The notes beneath the pieces were generated by a model. It was not told where the DNA came from. It worked only from the letters and a program-made list of their open reading frames with translations, and did not search any database. Position numbers and translations under genes: made by a program. From a virus, in IMG/VR virus record IMGVR_UViG_3300049846_000568, positions 1 through 64,000 of that record: a DNA stretch of 64,000 nt, one strand, 5' to 3'. Below are positions 1 through 8,337 of this stretch, piece after piece. Position 1 is the stretch's first letter. Every line of letters starts with the position of its first letter.

Positions 1-1
1 T

Positions 2-367
2 GAAAAGATAAAGTTCGAGACCAAAGACGAACAGACAAACATCGCTGCTACCTGCCTTGCTAGCTTCTGGGGTCAGACCCACAACAATGACGGCGAAAAT
101 CATTACCACAGCAAGATCTTCGACGCATTCGCAAGCCCCTATGGTGTAGACTTAGATCGTGAGAGCGACTATTACGATGAAGACTGGGGTTTAGACCTCT
201 CTGGTTTCTTCGAGGGGCTTTCGAAGATGAAGGTCAAAGAACTTCTCGAAATGCCTCAGTGGAAGAAAGAACGCCAAGATACCCTCTTAAACTTTGGCAT
301 CTATATCCCCAAAGACGAAGCAGAGGTTGCAAAACAAGTGGACAATCAAACGTATTCCATGTACTAG
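2..367 (+). CDS. 5'-truncated CDS, possibly the C-terminal half of another Prok-E2-like paralog
   Basis: Open frame from the window start to TAG 365-367. Contains ASFWGQTHNND, resembling QGFWSSQFNND (16146) and MVWNSGFNLD (16922). Confidence 0.5.
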   Translation, partial: EKIKFETKDEQTNIAATCLASFWGQTHNNDGENHYHSKIFDAFASPYGVDLDRESDYYDEDWGLDLSGFFEGLSKMKVKELLEMPQWKKERQDTLLNFGIYIPKDEAEVAKQVDNQTYSMY

Positions 368-376
368 AGTAAGCGC

Positions 377-450
377 GCCCACCTAGCCCAACTGGTAGAG
401 GCACATGCCTTAGGAGCATGCAAGTCTGGGTTCGAATCCCAGGGTGGGCA
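377..450 (+). tRNA. tRNA-Leu(TAG), short variable loop
   Basis: GCCCACC/GGTGGGC acceptor, CATGC-CT-TAG-GA-GCATG anticodon arm, GGTTCGAATCC T-arm. Confidence 0.92.
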
Positions 451-454
451 CACA

Positions 455-604
455 ATGAACTACTTACGCTACTTATTAGCAAAAACAATCAGAAACCATC
501 GAGAATCAGTAGTCGACTTCTGCAGCCTGATCATCAGTACGTATGACGATTTGCTGTGGAAGCTCGAATTTGAAGTCGAACCACTAAACCACGACTTCGA
601 ATAA
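455..604 (+). CDS. small hypothetical protein (49 aa)
   Basis: ATG..TAA ORF filling the gap between two tRNAs. Confidence 0.5.
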   Translation: MNYLRYLLAKTIRNHRESVVDFCSLIISTYDDLLWKLEFEVEPLNHDFE

Positions 605-609
605 CCTAA

Positions 610-685
610 CGGGACGTAGCCCAGCTTGGTCTAAGGCGCCTGCTTTGGGAGCAGGAGATCGCAGGTTCAAATCCTGCCGTCCCGA
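610..685 (+). tRNA. tRNA-Pro(TGG)
   Basis: CGGGACG/CGTCCCG acceptor, CCTGC-TT-TGG-GA-GCAGG, GGTTCAAATCC. Confidence 0.95.
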
Positions 686-687
686 CT

Positions 688-981
688 ATGATCTTACTAC
701 GTAAGGCAGCCGGAGCATATGCAAATATGCCTCCGGCTTTTTCCATTGAGTGGTCCGAAGACCAGAAGTACTATCACCTCATATGCAACACTTGTGGGGA
801 TAGGTCTGGACAGTACATATTGTACGCCAAGGATGCGCTTTATATAGCCGCTCAATTTGCCGGACGGCATGACCGCTGCCAGCAAGACCGACTAGCCTTG
901 GCGTATGAATATGTCAGAGCTTCATTCGGGCCAGACGTCGATCCCTTGATCGAAAAGTCCAGGGAGCTCTATCCAGCATGA
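688..981 (+). CDS. small Zn-finger protein (CxxC..HxxC)
   Basis: CNTCG...FAGRHDRC; ATGA overlap with the next gene. Confidence 0.65.
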   Translation: MILLRKAAGAYANMPPAFSIEWSEDQKYYHLICNTCGDRSGQYILYAKDALYIAAQFAGRHDRCQQDRLALAYEYVRASFGPDVDPLIEKSRELYPA

Positions 982-1271
982 TAGTACTTCGGTCGAAGCA
1001 TGATCTTGACGACACCAAAGTTCTCACTGTCGCCTACGGCACCCGCGCAAGGGCCGATGGTTCGACAGCGCCCACAATGTATTTTCGATGCACCGTGTGT
1101 GGGGGAGAGTCTAGCAGATACTGGCTCAGAGCGATTGACTGTGGCGGGCTGGCCGAAGCCTTCGCTCACGAGCATCGTAATTGCACGAGAAATTTGTGGA
1201 GACATGCTTTCAACGCGGTCTTCGACCAAGAGATCGAACAGCTTGTTCGGCTCCACGAAAAAGGTATATAG
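978..1271 (+). CDS. small Zn-finger protein, paralog of 688..981
   Basis: CTVCG...FAHEHRNC. Confidence 0.65.
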   Translation: MIVLRSKHDLDDTKVLTVAYGTRARADGSTAPTMYFRCTVCGGESSRYWLRAIDCGGLAEAFAHEHRNCTRNLWRHAFNAVFDQEIEQLVRLHEKGI

Positions 1272-1367
1272 GGCAAAAATGGGGAAAATAAAAAAGCCCT
1301 TAAACCACTTTCGCAATTCGGTTTCGAAATCGGGAACTCCCCCTACCATTACACTTGGAGATAGAAC

Positions 1368-2186
1368 ATGAAGGGTACCTGCGGCAAGTGCACCGCCAAC
1401 ATGGATCCGCCGCTGATGTCGGTGGTTGTGACCCATCTTGAGCACGGCAGCGTGATGGGTTACTACTGCAAGGCTGAGTGCATGCTAGAGGATACCACCC
1501 TCGCAATGCGCCACCTCATTGAGACGAACAGTCTCGATGATATCCCGAACGAGTACCTTGCAGAAGGGATGGAGCCCCTACTCATCGAAGACACCGGGTC
1601 GTTCGATGCCTCCAAGGTAATCGATATCGAGACGCTCAGCGGCTCTCGCAACCCTTATTACAACGCACGGCTATACAAGCGTGCGCACGATGCGTGGACT
1701 GGAATCTGCCACTTCTTTGATATGGCCAGGATGACTGGCGTGACTGATGTGACCGACGAAGACGGTAACGTAGTCGATGCCCTTATGGTGGTCACCAAGG
1801 ACTGGACCAAGAATATAGCCACCGGAACGGTAAAGTCCGAGCGGAACTTTCTCATCCCCAATCATACCGCCACGTACAAAGATGGCAGCTCCGACATGGA
1901 GTTCTCTCTTTCTTACGACGACCGCCACATCTTCATGACCTTCCCCGAAGGCGCATATGATGTGGTGATTAACGTCACCGAGTACAGCACCGGCATACAC
2001 CAGCACTTGATGGGATATGTTGGCCTGGTGAGAGAGAACATCAAGGGTGCCAAGAGTCTTGAGACCAATGCCGAAGCGCTAAGCGAGACCGAGGTTCTGA
2101 TCGCTGAAGCCGAAGTAATGGTGATGGATGGTGGAGCAAGCCCAACCTTCATCTCAGAGGATGTCCCTGAAGACTCCACAATGTAA
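1368..2186 (+). CDS. hypothetical protein with N-terminal Cys motifs
   Basis: 272-aa ORF with GGAG SD. Confidence 0.75.
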   Translation: MKGTCGKCTANMDPPLMSVVVTHLEHGSVMGYYCKAECMLEDTTLAMRHLIETNSLDDIPNEYLAEGMEPLLIEDTGSFDASKVIDIETLSGSRNPYYNARLYKRAHDAWTGICHFFDMARMTGVTDVTDEDGNVVDALMVVTKDWTKNIATGTVKSERNFLIPNHTATYKDGSSDMEFSLSYDDRHIFMTFPEGAYDVVINVTEYSTGIHQHLMGYVGLVRENIKGAKSLETNAEALSETEVLIAEAEVMVMDGGASPTFISEDVPEDSTM

Positions 2187-2233
2187 TAGCATCTGGTACA
2201 GACGCCAGGTGAACCCAGACACAAGGAATACAA

Positions 2234-2587
2234 ATGAGCAAGTTCATCGATCAAGAGCTGGCGGCGTCTGTGTCAGTCGTTTCTAGCTCGGAAGCAACCA
2301 TCGCAATGATTGCGATCACCTACCCCGATGGGGTCACCCACACCTGGACCGGCACTGCTAAGCGCGATCCTGAAGACAAGTTCAACGCTGAGGTTGGTAC
2401 CAAGCTTGCACTGTCGCGCGCTTTCCGCTCCGCCGCGAGCCAGCTTGACCGTCAGGCCAACGGCTTGGTCAAGAACATCGAAGACAACCTGCGCCAGCGT
2501 GAGCAGCAGATGAGGCGTCCTCGAAAGGGCATGGTATTTCCCGTAGCTCGACGCAGCCGTAGGGCCGCAAAGGAAGCTCGTGCCTAA
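2234..2587 (+). CDS. DUF1876/Rv2632c-like dsRBD-fold protein
   Basis: GTAKRDPEDKFNAEVGTKLALSRAF motif; AAGGA SD. Confidence 0.7.
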   Translation: MSKFIDQELAASVSVVSSSEATIAMIAITYPDGVTHTWTGTAKRDPEDKFNAEVGTKLALSRAFRSAASQLDRQANGLVKNIEDNLRQREQQMRRPRKGMVFPVARRSRRAAKEARA

Positions 2588-2876
2588 GGAGTACTCAGAC
2601 GATGAAGTACGCGAGATAATTGAGTACTATCAGGACTTCATCGGACTCTCCACAGCAGTCATGGCGGGTGACCAGCAGGTCGTAGAGATGTTACTCGACT
2701 CTATTGACCTGCGGTCATTTGCCCGCATGACTGTGACGCTCATGCTAAACGATCTTGAAGAGACTTCCGAGGAAGACATCGCCAAGATCATCGAGATGAT
2801 GCGCAAGCCACCGTCCGAGATGCTACCAGAGATTGGACACAAGGTCGCAGAGATGCAGACCTGGTTCAACGAGTAA
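2580..2876 (+). CDS. hypothetical protein
   Basis: ORF overlapping upstream stop, AAGGA SD. Confidence 0.65.
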   Translation: MPKEYSDDEVREIIEYYQDFIGLSTAVMAGDQQVVEMLLDSIDLRSFARMTVTLMLNDLEETSEEDIAKIIEMMRKPPSEMLPEIGHKVAEMQTWFNE

Positions 2877-2880
2877 GACC

Positions 2881-3399
2881 ATGTTAGACCTTTTGTTCTA
2901 TGCGAGAAAGATGGGACTGATTCCCGAGACAAGTATGAGTGATCATAAGCACAATGAAATTCTCAAGTGCGATTATCCTCGTCCATCTAAGGACACATTC
3001 ATCTCGGATGAACTAGAGGCACGTCGCATAGAATTCATTTCACACCCAGCCAACGCAATGATGCTGCTTCAGTTCATGGGGTGGAGCTTAGAGGACTACT
3101 GGAACACCTCGAAGCCCTATAACCAAAAGATCTGGACACCTGATGTTGGCAGGATCTTGAGCTGGTTGGGTGCTGGCATGAACCCCGGCCGTCCACCTAT
3201 CAGTAAAGTGGGAATGAACGACGTGCTGAGATGGTGGCAGGGGATGCCTGGTCCAGTCAAGGATCTCGTAGAACCAATCATCATTCAGTGGAAGATCTTT
3301 GTCCATTACTGTGACGATGAGTGGCATCAGTACTACAAGGAAGAAGAAGCCACCGTTTACAACTTCGAGAGCGGCGTTGGAGTCGTCGCGAAGCCCTAG
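2881..3399 (+). CDS. hypothetical protein
   Basis: ORF from ATG just after the upstream stop. Confidence 0.65.
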   Translation: MLDLLFYARKMGLIPETSMSDHKHNEILKCDYPRPSKDTFISDELEARRIEFISHPANAMMLLQFMGWSLEDYWNTSKPYNQKIWTPDVGRILSWLGAGMNPGRPPISKVGMNDVLRWWQGMPGPVKDLVEPIIIQWKIFVHYCDDEWHQYYKEEEATVYNFESGVGVVAKP

Positions 3400-3457
3400 C
3401 ATAAGTGGTTTTCCTGGGTTACTATGGTAGTATACTTACTACTTTCAGGAGCCTTTT

Positions 3458-3895
3458 ATGCTGATTCAGGTTTACTGTGACGGTGCTTCTCGCGGCCAAG
3501 GTCAAAAGACAATAGGCGAGGCCGCTTGTGCTACTGTCGTGTATAAAAACGGCAAGGAAATAGCACGCTACGCACGTGGTTTGGGCAAGCGTACAAACAA
3601 TGAGGCGGAGTACGAAGCCGTCATCACGTCGCTCCTGATCTGTTCAATGGCGGACCTGTATGATCCGATCATCTATTCAGATTCAGCGGTCGTCGTAAAC
3701 CAGATTACTGGCAAGTGGGAGTGCAAGAACGAACACCTACTTCCTCTGCTCCAGTCTATCAAGATCATACAGGAGCAATTCAGATTCCGCATAGAGCAAG
3801 TACCCCGTAAGGTGGTCTCGGAGGCGGACTTCTATGCCAATCAGTTCCTCAACCAGCTTGAAGAAGTTAAAGCAGAGATTGAGGCTAACCGCTAG
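3458..3895 (+). CDS. rnhA: ribonuclease HI
   Basis: YCDGASRG, TNNEAEY, YSDS, ADxxAN catalytic motifs. Confidence 0.92.
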   Translation: MLIQVYCDGASRGQGQKTIGEAACATVVYKNGKEIARYARGLGKRTNNEAEYEAVITSLLICSMADLYDPIIYSDSAVVVNQITGKWECKNEHLLPLLQSIKIIQEQFRFRIEQVPRKVVSEADFYANQFLNQLEEVKAEIEANR

Positions 3896-3927
3896 TTCTT
3901 TCGGACTTATCATAAGGACTCAAACCA

Positions 3928-4569
3928 TTGAGTATGGATCCACTCTACAGTGACGATGACGATCTGCTCGAAGAGCAGTACGAACGCAAGCGTCAGGCCG
4001 CAGAGCGTAAGTCGCTGAACATCCGTGGTCCCGGTGGCGAGAAACTACCCGACGAGCTGAACCAGGCTCTGGCTGACTACATCGACAACACTCGTGCATC
4101 AGCAGAAGCGGTTACTCCTATCGAGTTCCGTGCAACCGCATCCATGTTGGACTACTTCTCCAGGATGGATAGCTTTCTTAGGCCTGGCCCCGCCATGCTT
4201 GCGATGTGTGAGATCCTCGATGAAATGACCGAGGGTTACTTCTACACCCTTGTTAGGTACCACGAGACGCGTCGCGTGATCATGTGGACCAAGAATAACA
4301 TCGCAAGTGTCCGTCAGATCATGTCGATCATCGACATCGCCGCGGAACACGCCACCTACATCAAAGAGATCTGGCTCTTCTTTGATATCTACCTCGACTA
4401 TCTCTACTTCACTTACGAATCCGCTGTAGCTATGTATCGCGAGCTATCAGAATGGTGTGGCAAGGAAGTAGATGAAACATTCATCGAAACCGGTTATGTC
4501 TCTGAGCGTAGCTACTGGGAACGAGCAGTGTTCGGAAGCCCACTAGCATACAAGGATGAACTGGAATAG
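3928..4569 (+). CDS. hypothetical protein
   Basis: 213-aa ORF with AAGGA SD. Confidence 0.7.
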   Translation: MSMDPLYSDDDDLLEEQYERKRQAAERKSLNIRGPGGEKLPDELNQALADYIDNTRASAEAVTPIEFRATASMLDYFSRMDSFLRPGPAMLAMCEILDEMTEGYFYTLVRYHETRRVIMWTKNNIASVRQIMSIIDIAAEHATYIKEIWLFFDIYLDYLYFTYESAVAMYRELSEWCGKEVDETFIETGYVSERSYWERAVFGSPLAYKDELE

Positions 4570-4952
4570 AAACAGAATCACTCAACAGTTACAGAGCATA
4601 CCAGCGTTACCTGTCGAACCAGCGTGTTCTCAAATCCAGATGGGCCCAAAACGCGCGCTGCATTGATCGAACCACAGAGATGTTTGAATCCTCGGTTAAA
4701 GATCAGCGCGAGGTAATCGCCAATGTATGTACCGGTTGTCCCGTGCGCCGAGAGTGTCTTCATCTAGCAGTGCTAGGTAGCGAGACAGAGGGTGTGTGGG
4801 GAGGAACAACCGAAGCCGAACGCAAGACGCTAATAAACCTTGCGTGGGATGTTGTGAACCCCAAGGAGTGTTGGGATTCAGAAGCCGCCGCACTTATCTA
4901 CGACATGGTGGAAGTCTACGTAGACGAACACCCGTTGGTGTATGCGGAGTAA
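4566..4952 (+). CDS. whiB: WhiB-family Fe-S transcription factor (probable non-ATG start; first ATG at 4680)
   Basis: WAQNARC (upstream of 4680)...CTGCPVRREC...GVWGGTTEAER. Confidence 0.88.
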   Translation: METESLNSYRAYQRYLSNQRVLKSRWAQNARCIDRTTEMFESSVKDQREVIANVCTGCPVRRECLHLAVLGSETEGVWGGTTEAERKTLINLAWDVVNPKECWDSEAAALIYDMVEVYVDEHPLVYAE

Positions 4953-5056
4953 GTTATAGAAGTATGTCCAGCTTCATAGTTTAATCATTCTCTTTCACTT
5001 TTCTGCAACCAAAAACACAGACACCGAATGATCAAACAACAAATGAGCAAGAAGAC

Positions 5057-5335
5057 TTGGACAACTATTCAGAAATTGAAACCAAGGTAAGGAACTGGTT
5101 GAACCATACCTCGTTCGACTTCCAAACGATTGCACCTGACGGTCAGGTACTTTCGGAAGCGGGCGCCCAGCTAGCCGAAAACGCTTTCGTCAAGTTGGTA
5201 ACAACCGTGTTAGTAAACCTTTGCGCAGCTTGGGTAAGCATTAAAGAGTTGTGGCAGTACGTCAGCAAGAGTCAGTCGCTGAAGGAGATCCTCGCGTATG
5301 TCAGACCAAGTCCGGCCGGAAGCGCTGCCGGATAA
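5057..5335 (+). CDS. hypothetical protein
   Basis: TTG-start ORF. Confidence 0.55.
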   Translation: MDNYSEIETKVRNWLNHTSFDFQTIAPDGQVLSEAGAQLAENAFVKLVTTVLVNLCAAWVSIKELWQYVSKSQSLKEILAYVRPSPAGSAAG

Positions 5336-5705
5336 CTTAGATCCGGTTTCAAAGTTTACCTTCAACGCATCCCTCGCAGCCGACGCCAAGGCGGCGAACG
5401 ATGCGATGATTGATGCGATGCAAAACAGGATCGACAAGATCATCGACCTGTTTACCGTGTCGGACATCCCTGTCATCAGGGGAATTCTAGGCGTAAGCCA
5501 CGACAAAGACGAGCTTAAGGGGCTCGCCAAAGGACTTGACCGGGTGGCCGATCTCATAGGCGTCCTTGACGAACTAGAACTTCGCAAGAAGATTCTAGAG
5601 TACGCCGAAGCAGATCCCACCTGGTTTGCTAGCGCTTTCGCTGATCTCGAATCAGAGGTTGAGCGCGTCATTACCTTAGACACCGAAGATCAGGATTTAA
5701 CGTAG
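5298..5705 (+). CDS. hypothetical helical protein directly upstream of the Ubl operon
   Basis: AAGGAG SD, 135 aa. Confidence 0.7.
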   Translation: MSDQVRPEALPDNLDPVSKFTFNASLAADAKAANDAMIDAMQNRIDKIIDLFTVSDIPVIRGILGVSHDKDELKGLAKGLDRVADLIGVLDELELRKKILEYAEADPTWFASAFADLESEVERVITLDTEDQDLT

Positions 5706-5709
5706 CGCT

Positions 5710-7047
5710 ATGAAAAGAAGCATCTCCCTAGATGAATCAGGGCTGAAGTCGATCATTGATATGGGTGCGGGAGCATCCAGATCCGATGACATTGATCTTG
5801 TCTCAGCCCTCAAGGTAATGGGTAACATGGGATATCTCAACACCGGATTGATGCCTACCGATGGCTCCGGTGTGGTCAGTGTGCGACGCGCACTTGGATA
5901 CACCCAGGTTGCATTCCAGATGGCTCCAGGTGCATACTTCACCATCTGGGGCGAGTATGAAGGTGCAAGTAGCGCCAAGAACTACATGCTCGCCCACCCT
6001 TACAGACTGTTTGTCGTTGATTTCAACGGCAACCAGTTCATGGGTGCTCGCCATTTCCTTGCAACTGCACCGATCAATTCACTTGATCAGCAGTTGTACC
6101 ATGTCAACCTACCGAACACGAACTGCCGTGGTTACAGCCGAGGAGTAACCGTTGGTTGGACGTGTCTGTATGGTCACGACATCCCCACCAAGCTAGAAAC
6201 ATTTGGTGAGTGGATTCACTGGGCGGTGCTTCGAATGAGCGGTGACGAAGCCTACAACGACGGTAATATGTACAAAACCGACGGGCCGCGTACATACCAG
6301 GAATGGCTCGGAAACGATTCCAAGAAATCATTCTTGTGGAATCCAACCGCTTGGGCAAAAAAGACAGAGGTTGAGGGATGGGAATGGACCCTAGACGAGA
6401 GTCTATGGATGCCCATCAAGGTCGCCAACAAGGATGCGCAAGAGCGTCACGACGCCAATGGCGTACCGTTTACAGTTGAGTTTGCACTGTACGGAAACTA
6501 TTCCGCACAGTACAACGACACCCCCATCCCTCGCCCCTTCAATGTGATTGATCGAGACGACCTTAAGGAACTCGATCCCAAGCTAATTGTCTCGACCATA
6601 ACCGCAGCTGTTGTTGCCGCCAAGAGCGGTAATCCCGCCAAGACGCCTATTGGTTATTGCGCAGCCTCTGGGGCGCCAATCTACAATGGTGATAGGACCT
6701 ACTGGGGCTACGATGCAGGAGGCAAGAAGGTCACCCTACTCGTTGAAGCTGCTGATCCCAACGGTTGGGTGCAAGAGTCGTCCACTGGCGGGTTCATGCA
6801 TAAGGACACGCTCTACCGCGACGTCATCACCAGTAGGTACTACAAGCATGAGGTAAACGGTCAGTCCGTCGCCAAGCGCTGCAACAAATGCCGCAAAGAC
6901 GGCTCTGTCTACTCTGTTCGTTACGGCTCTCGGAAGACCTGGTGTGCTCCATGCTTCCGAAAGTCGGAGCAGGAGAAGATGGCCAAAAGCCAGGCAACAT
7001 CCGCCACCGATACAACCACGGTCAAGCAGGCCAGCACCGACTTCTAA
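5710..7047 (+). CDS. prokaryotic E2-like conjugating enzyme (Prok-E2 family D / PRTRC protein B-like) with C-terminal Zn ribbon
   Basis: GLMP..HPYRLF..LYHVNLPNT..GWTC motif series, C-terminal CNKC/CAPC, adjacent to JAB, E1 and Ubl. Confidence 0.7.
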   Translation: MKRSISLDESGLKSIIDMGAGASRSDDIDLVSALKVMGNMGYLNTGLMPTDGSGVVSVRRALGYTQVAFQMAPGAYFTIWGEYEGASSAKNYMLAHPYRLFVVDFNGNQFMGARHFLATAPINSLDQQLYHVNLPNTNCRGYSRGVTVGWTCLYGHDIPTKLETFGEWIHWAVLRMSGDEAYNDGNMYKTDGPRTYQEWLGNDSKKSFLWNPTAWAKKTEVEGWEWTLDESLWMPIKVANKDAQERHDANGVPFTVEFALYGNYSAQYNDTPIPRPFNVIDRDDLKELDPKLIVSTITAAVVAAKSGNPAKTPIGYCAASGAPIYNGDRTYWGYDAGGKKVTLLVEAADPNGWVQESSTGGFMHKDTLYRDVITSRYYKHEVNGQSVAKRCNKCRKDGSVYSVRYGSRKTWCAPCFRKSEQEKMAKSQATSATDTTTVKQASTDF

Positions 7048-7071
7048 TAGTCTGAAAGGTTATTCATTAAG

Positions 7072-8337
7072 ATGTCTGATACCCCCGACGATCTCATCGC
7101 AGAAGAGGATATCCCCTTCTTTATGCTCGATGAGTGGACGAAGTGCTACATCGCGCTTGACTCTCTCGAAGATACCTGCAAGCACCTCGATGCTGCTGGT
7201 CTAGAGAACTACTACGTTCTCGCCATGGAGAAGCGTACGTTCGACTCCACCAACTCTGCTGGCGCAACCACGACTTCGGTGCGCTATAACCCGCAGGTGT
7301 TTGCGGTCAACACCACGATCTGTTACCGCGCGATCTCGCCAGTGGAGCACAAAGAAGTGCCGCTGGAGGAGATGGAGACTCGTGCGTCCTTTACCCTCCC
7401 AAGGATCCCCGCAGATATCGTCAATAGGCTTGACGATTTCTTCCGTCTGGTTGATCGCACTCACGGCACTGAATCTATCGTTCTACTTACCTTCGACCCG
7501 AATGCGGTCGATGAGGACGGTCGATGGAGCAGCGATGGCTGGGGTGTGCTTGTCCCCGACCAGGAGAACACCGCCACCGACTGCGAGTACGATCCAACAA
7601 GCGCCGCAGACAAGAAAGATGAGGACGTCTACATCGTAGGCTCGGTGCACAGCCATCCTCACATGAGCGCTTTCGCTTCGGGTACCGACCACAAGGATCA
7701 GAAGCACTTCGACGGTCTGCATATCACCTACGGTTGGCAGTCAAGCGTACAGAACGGCGCCACGCAGTATCATATCGAGCTGCAGATCAACGGCACGGTT
7801 TGGAGCCTCAAGCCCGAGCAGGTGTTTGAGTCTGAGCCCCCTCGTGTTCCTGACCCCTCCGTAGAGGAGTGGATGGCGAACGTCAAAAAAAAGACATACA
7901 GCACAGGGTACTCACGGCAGGGGAGCTCTCACAGCTCGCATGGGAGTACTACGGGTACATCTAGTCACCGCAGTGGCGGTTCTCTACAGCGAAGCATGCG
8001 CCTCCAGGAGATCAAGGGGCTTCCCACCGGTGCCCCCGACTGGAAGGAGAACATCCTCGTAGGACGCCTAAAAAGCACTACTGAAGAGGATTGCCCGTTC
8101 TGCAACCAGCCCCTGATCTCGCCGGACCGGACCAATCGTCTGTGCTCCGCATGCCACATGTACCTCGCAATGCCTGGCGAGACGGTCGAGGATGTGTTCA
8201 AGCAGCGCAGTGACGAGCAGCTCTACACCTGGGATATCGACCTCGAAGAGAACCCGACCAAGCCCATCGTGCTCTGGGAGCGCGACGTAGATGAGGCGAC
8301 CTTCACCAACGTCTACACCCCGGCGGGAAAAGACTAG
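7072..8337 (+). CDS. JAB/MPN+ (Mov34) metallopeptidase with C-terminal Zn ribbon
   Basis: E..HSHPHMSAFASGTD is an intact JAMM motif (HxHx7Sx2D); CPFC..CSAC. Confidence 0.92.
   Translation: MSDTPDDLIAEEDIPFFMLDEWTKCYIALDSLEDTCKHLDAAGLENYYVLAMEKRTFDSTNSAGATTTSVRYNPQVFAVNTTICYRAISPVEHKEVPLEEMETRASFTLPRIPADIVNRLDDFFRLVDRTHGTESIVLLTFDPNAVDEDGRWSSDGWGVLVPDQENTATDCEYDPTSAADKKDEDVYIVGSVHSHPHMSAFASGTDHKDQKHFDGLHITYGWQSSVQNGATQYHIELQINGTVWSLKPEQVFESEPPRVPDPSVEEWMANVKKKTYSTGYSRQGSSHSSHGSTTGTSSHRSGGSLQRSMRLQEIKGLPTGAPDWKENILVGRLKSTTEEDCPFCNQPLISPDRTNRLCSACHMYLAMPGETVEDVFKQRSDEQLYTWDIDLEENPTKPIVLWERDVDEATFTNVYTPAGKD
7887..7893 (+). other. candidate -1 frameshift site A_AAA_AAG inside the JAB gene
   Basis: A8G run at 7885-7893; downstream GTACTC..GAGCT/AGCTC..GAGTAC stem; -1 frame stops at 7962-7964. 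Confidence 0.45.
8325..8331 (+). other. candidate programmed -1 frameshift site G_GGA_AAA
   Basis: In-frame heptamer one codon before the JAB stop; -1 frame is open into the Zn-finger ORF; hairpin CTTCTC-TACA-GAGAAG follows. Confidence 0.7.

Noticed and set aside
1272-1367. A-tract intergenic region as a replication origin (also 4953-5056)
   Set aside because: No iterons or DnaA boxes discernible; insufficient evidence.
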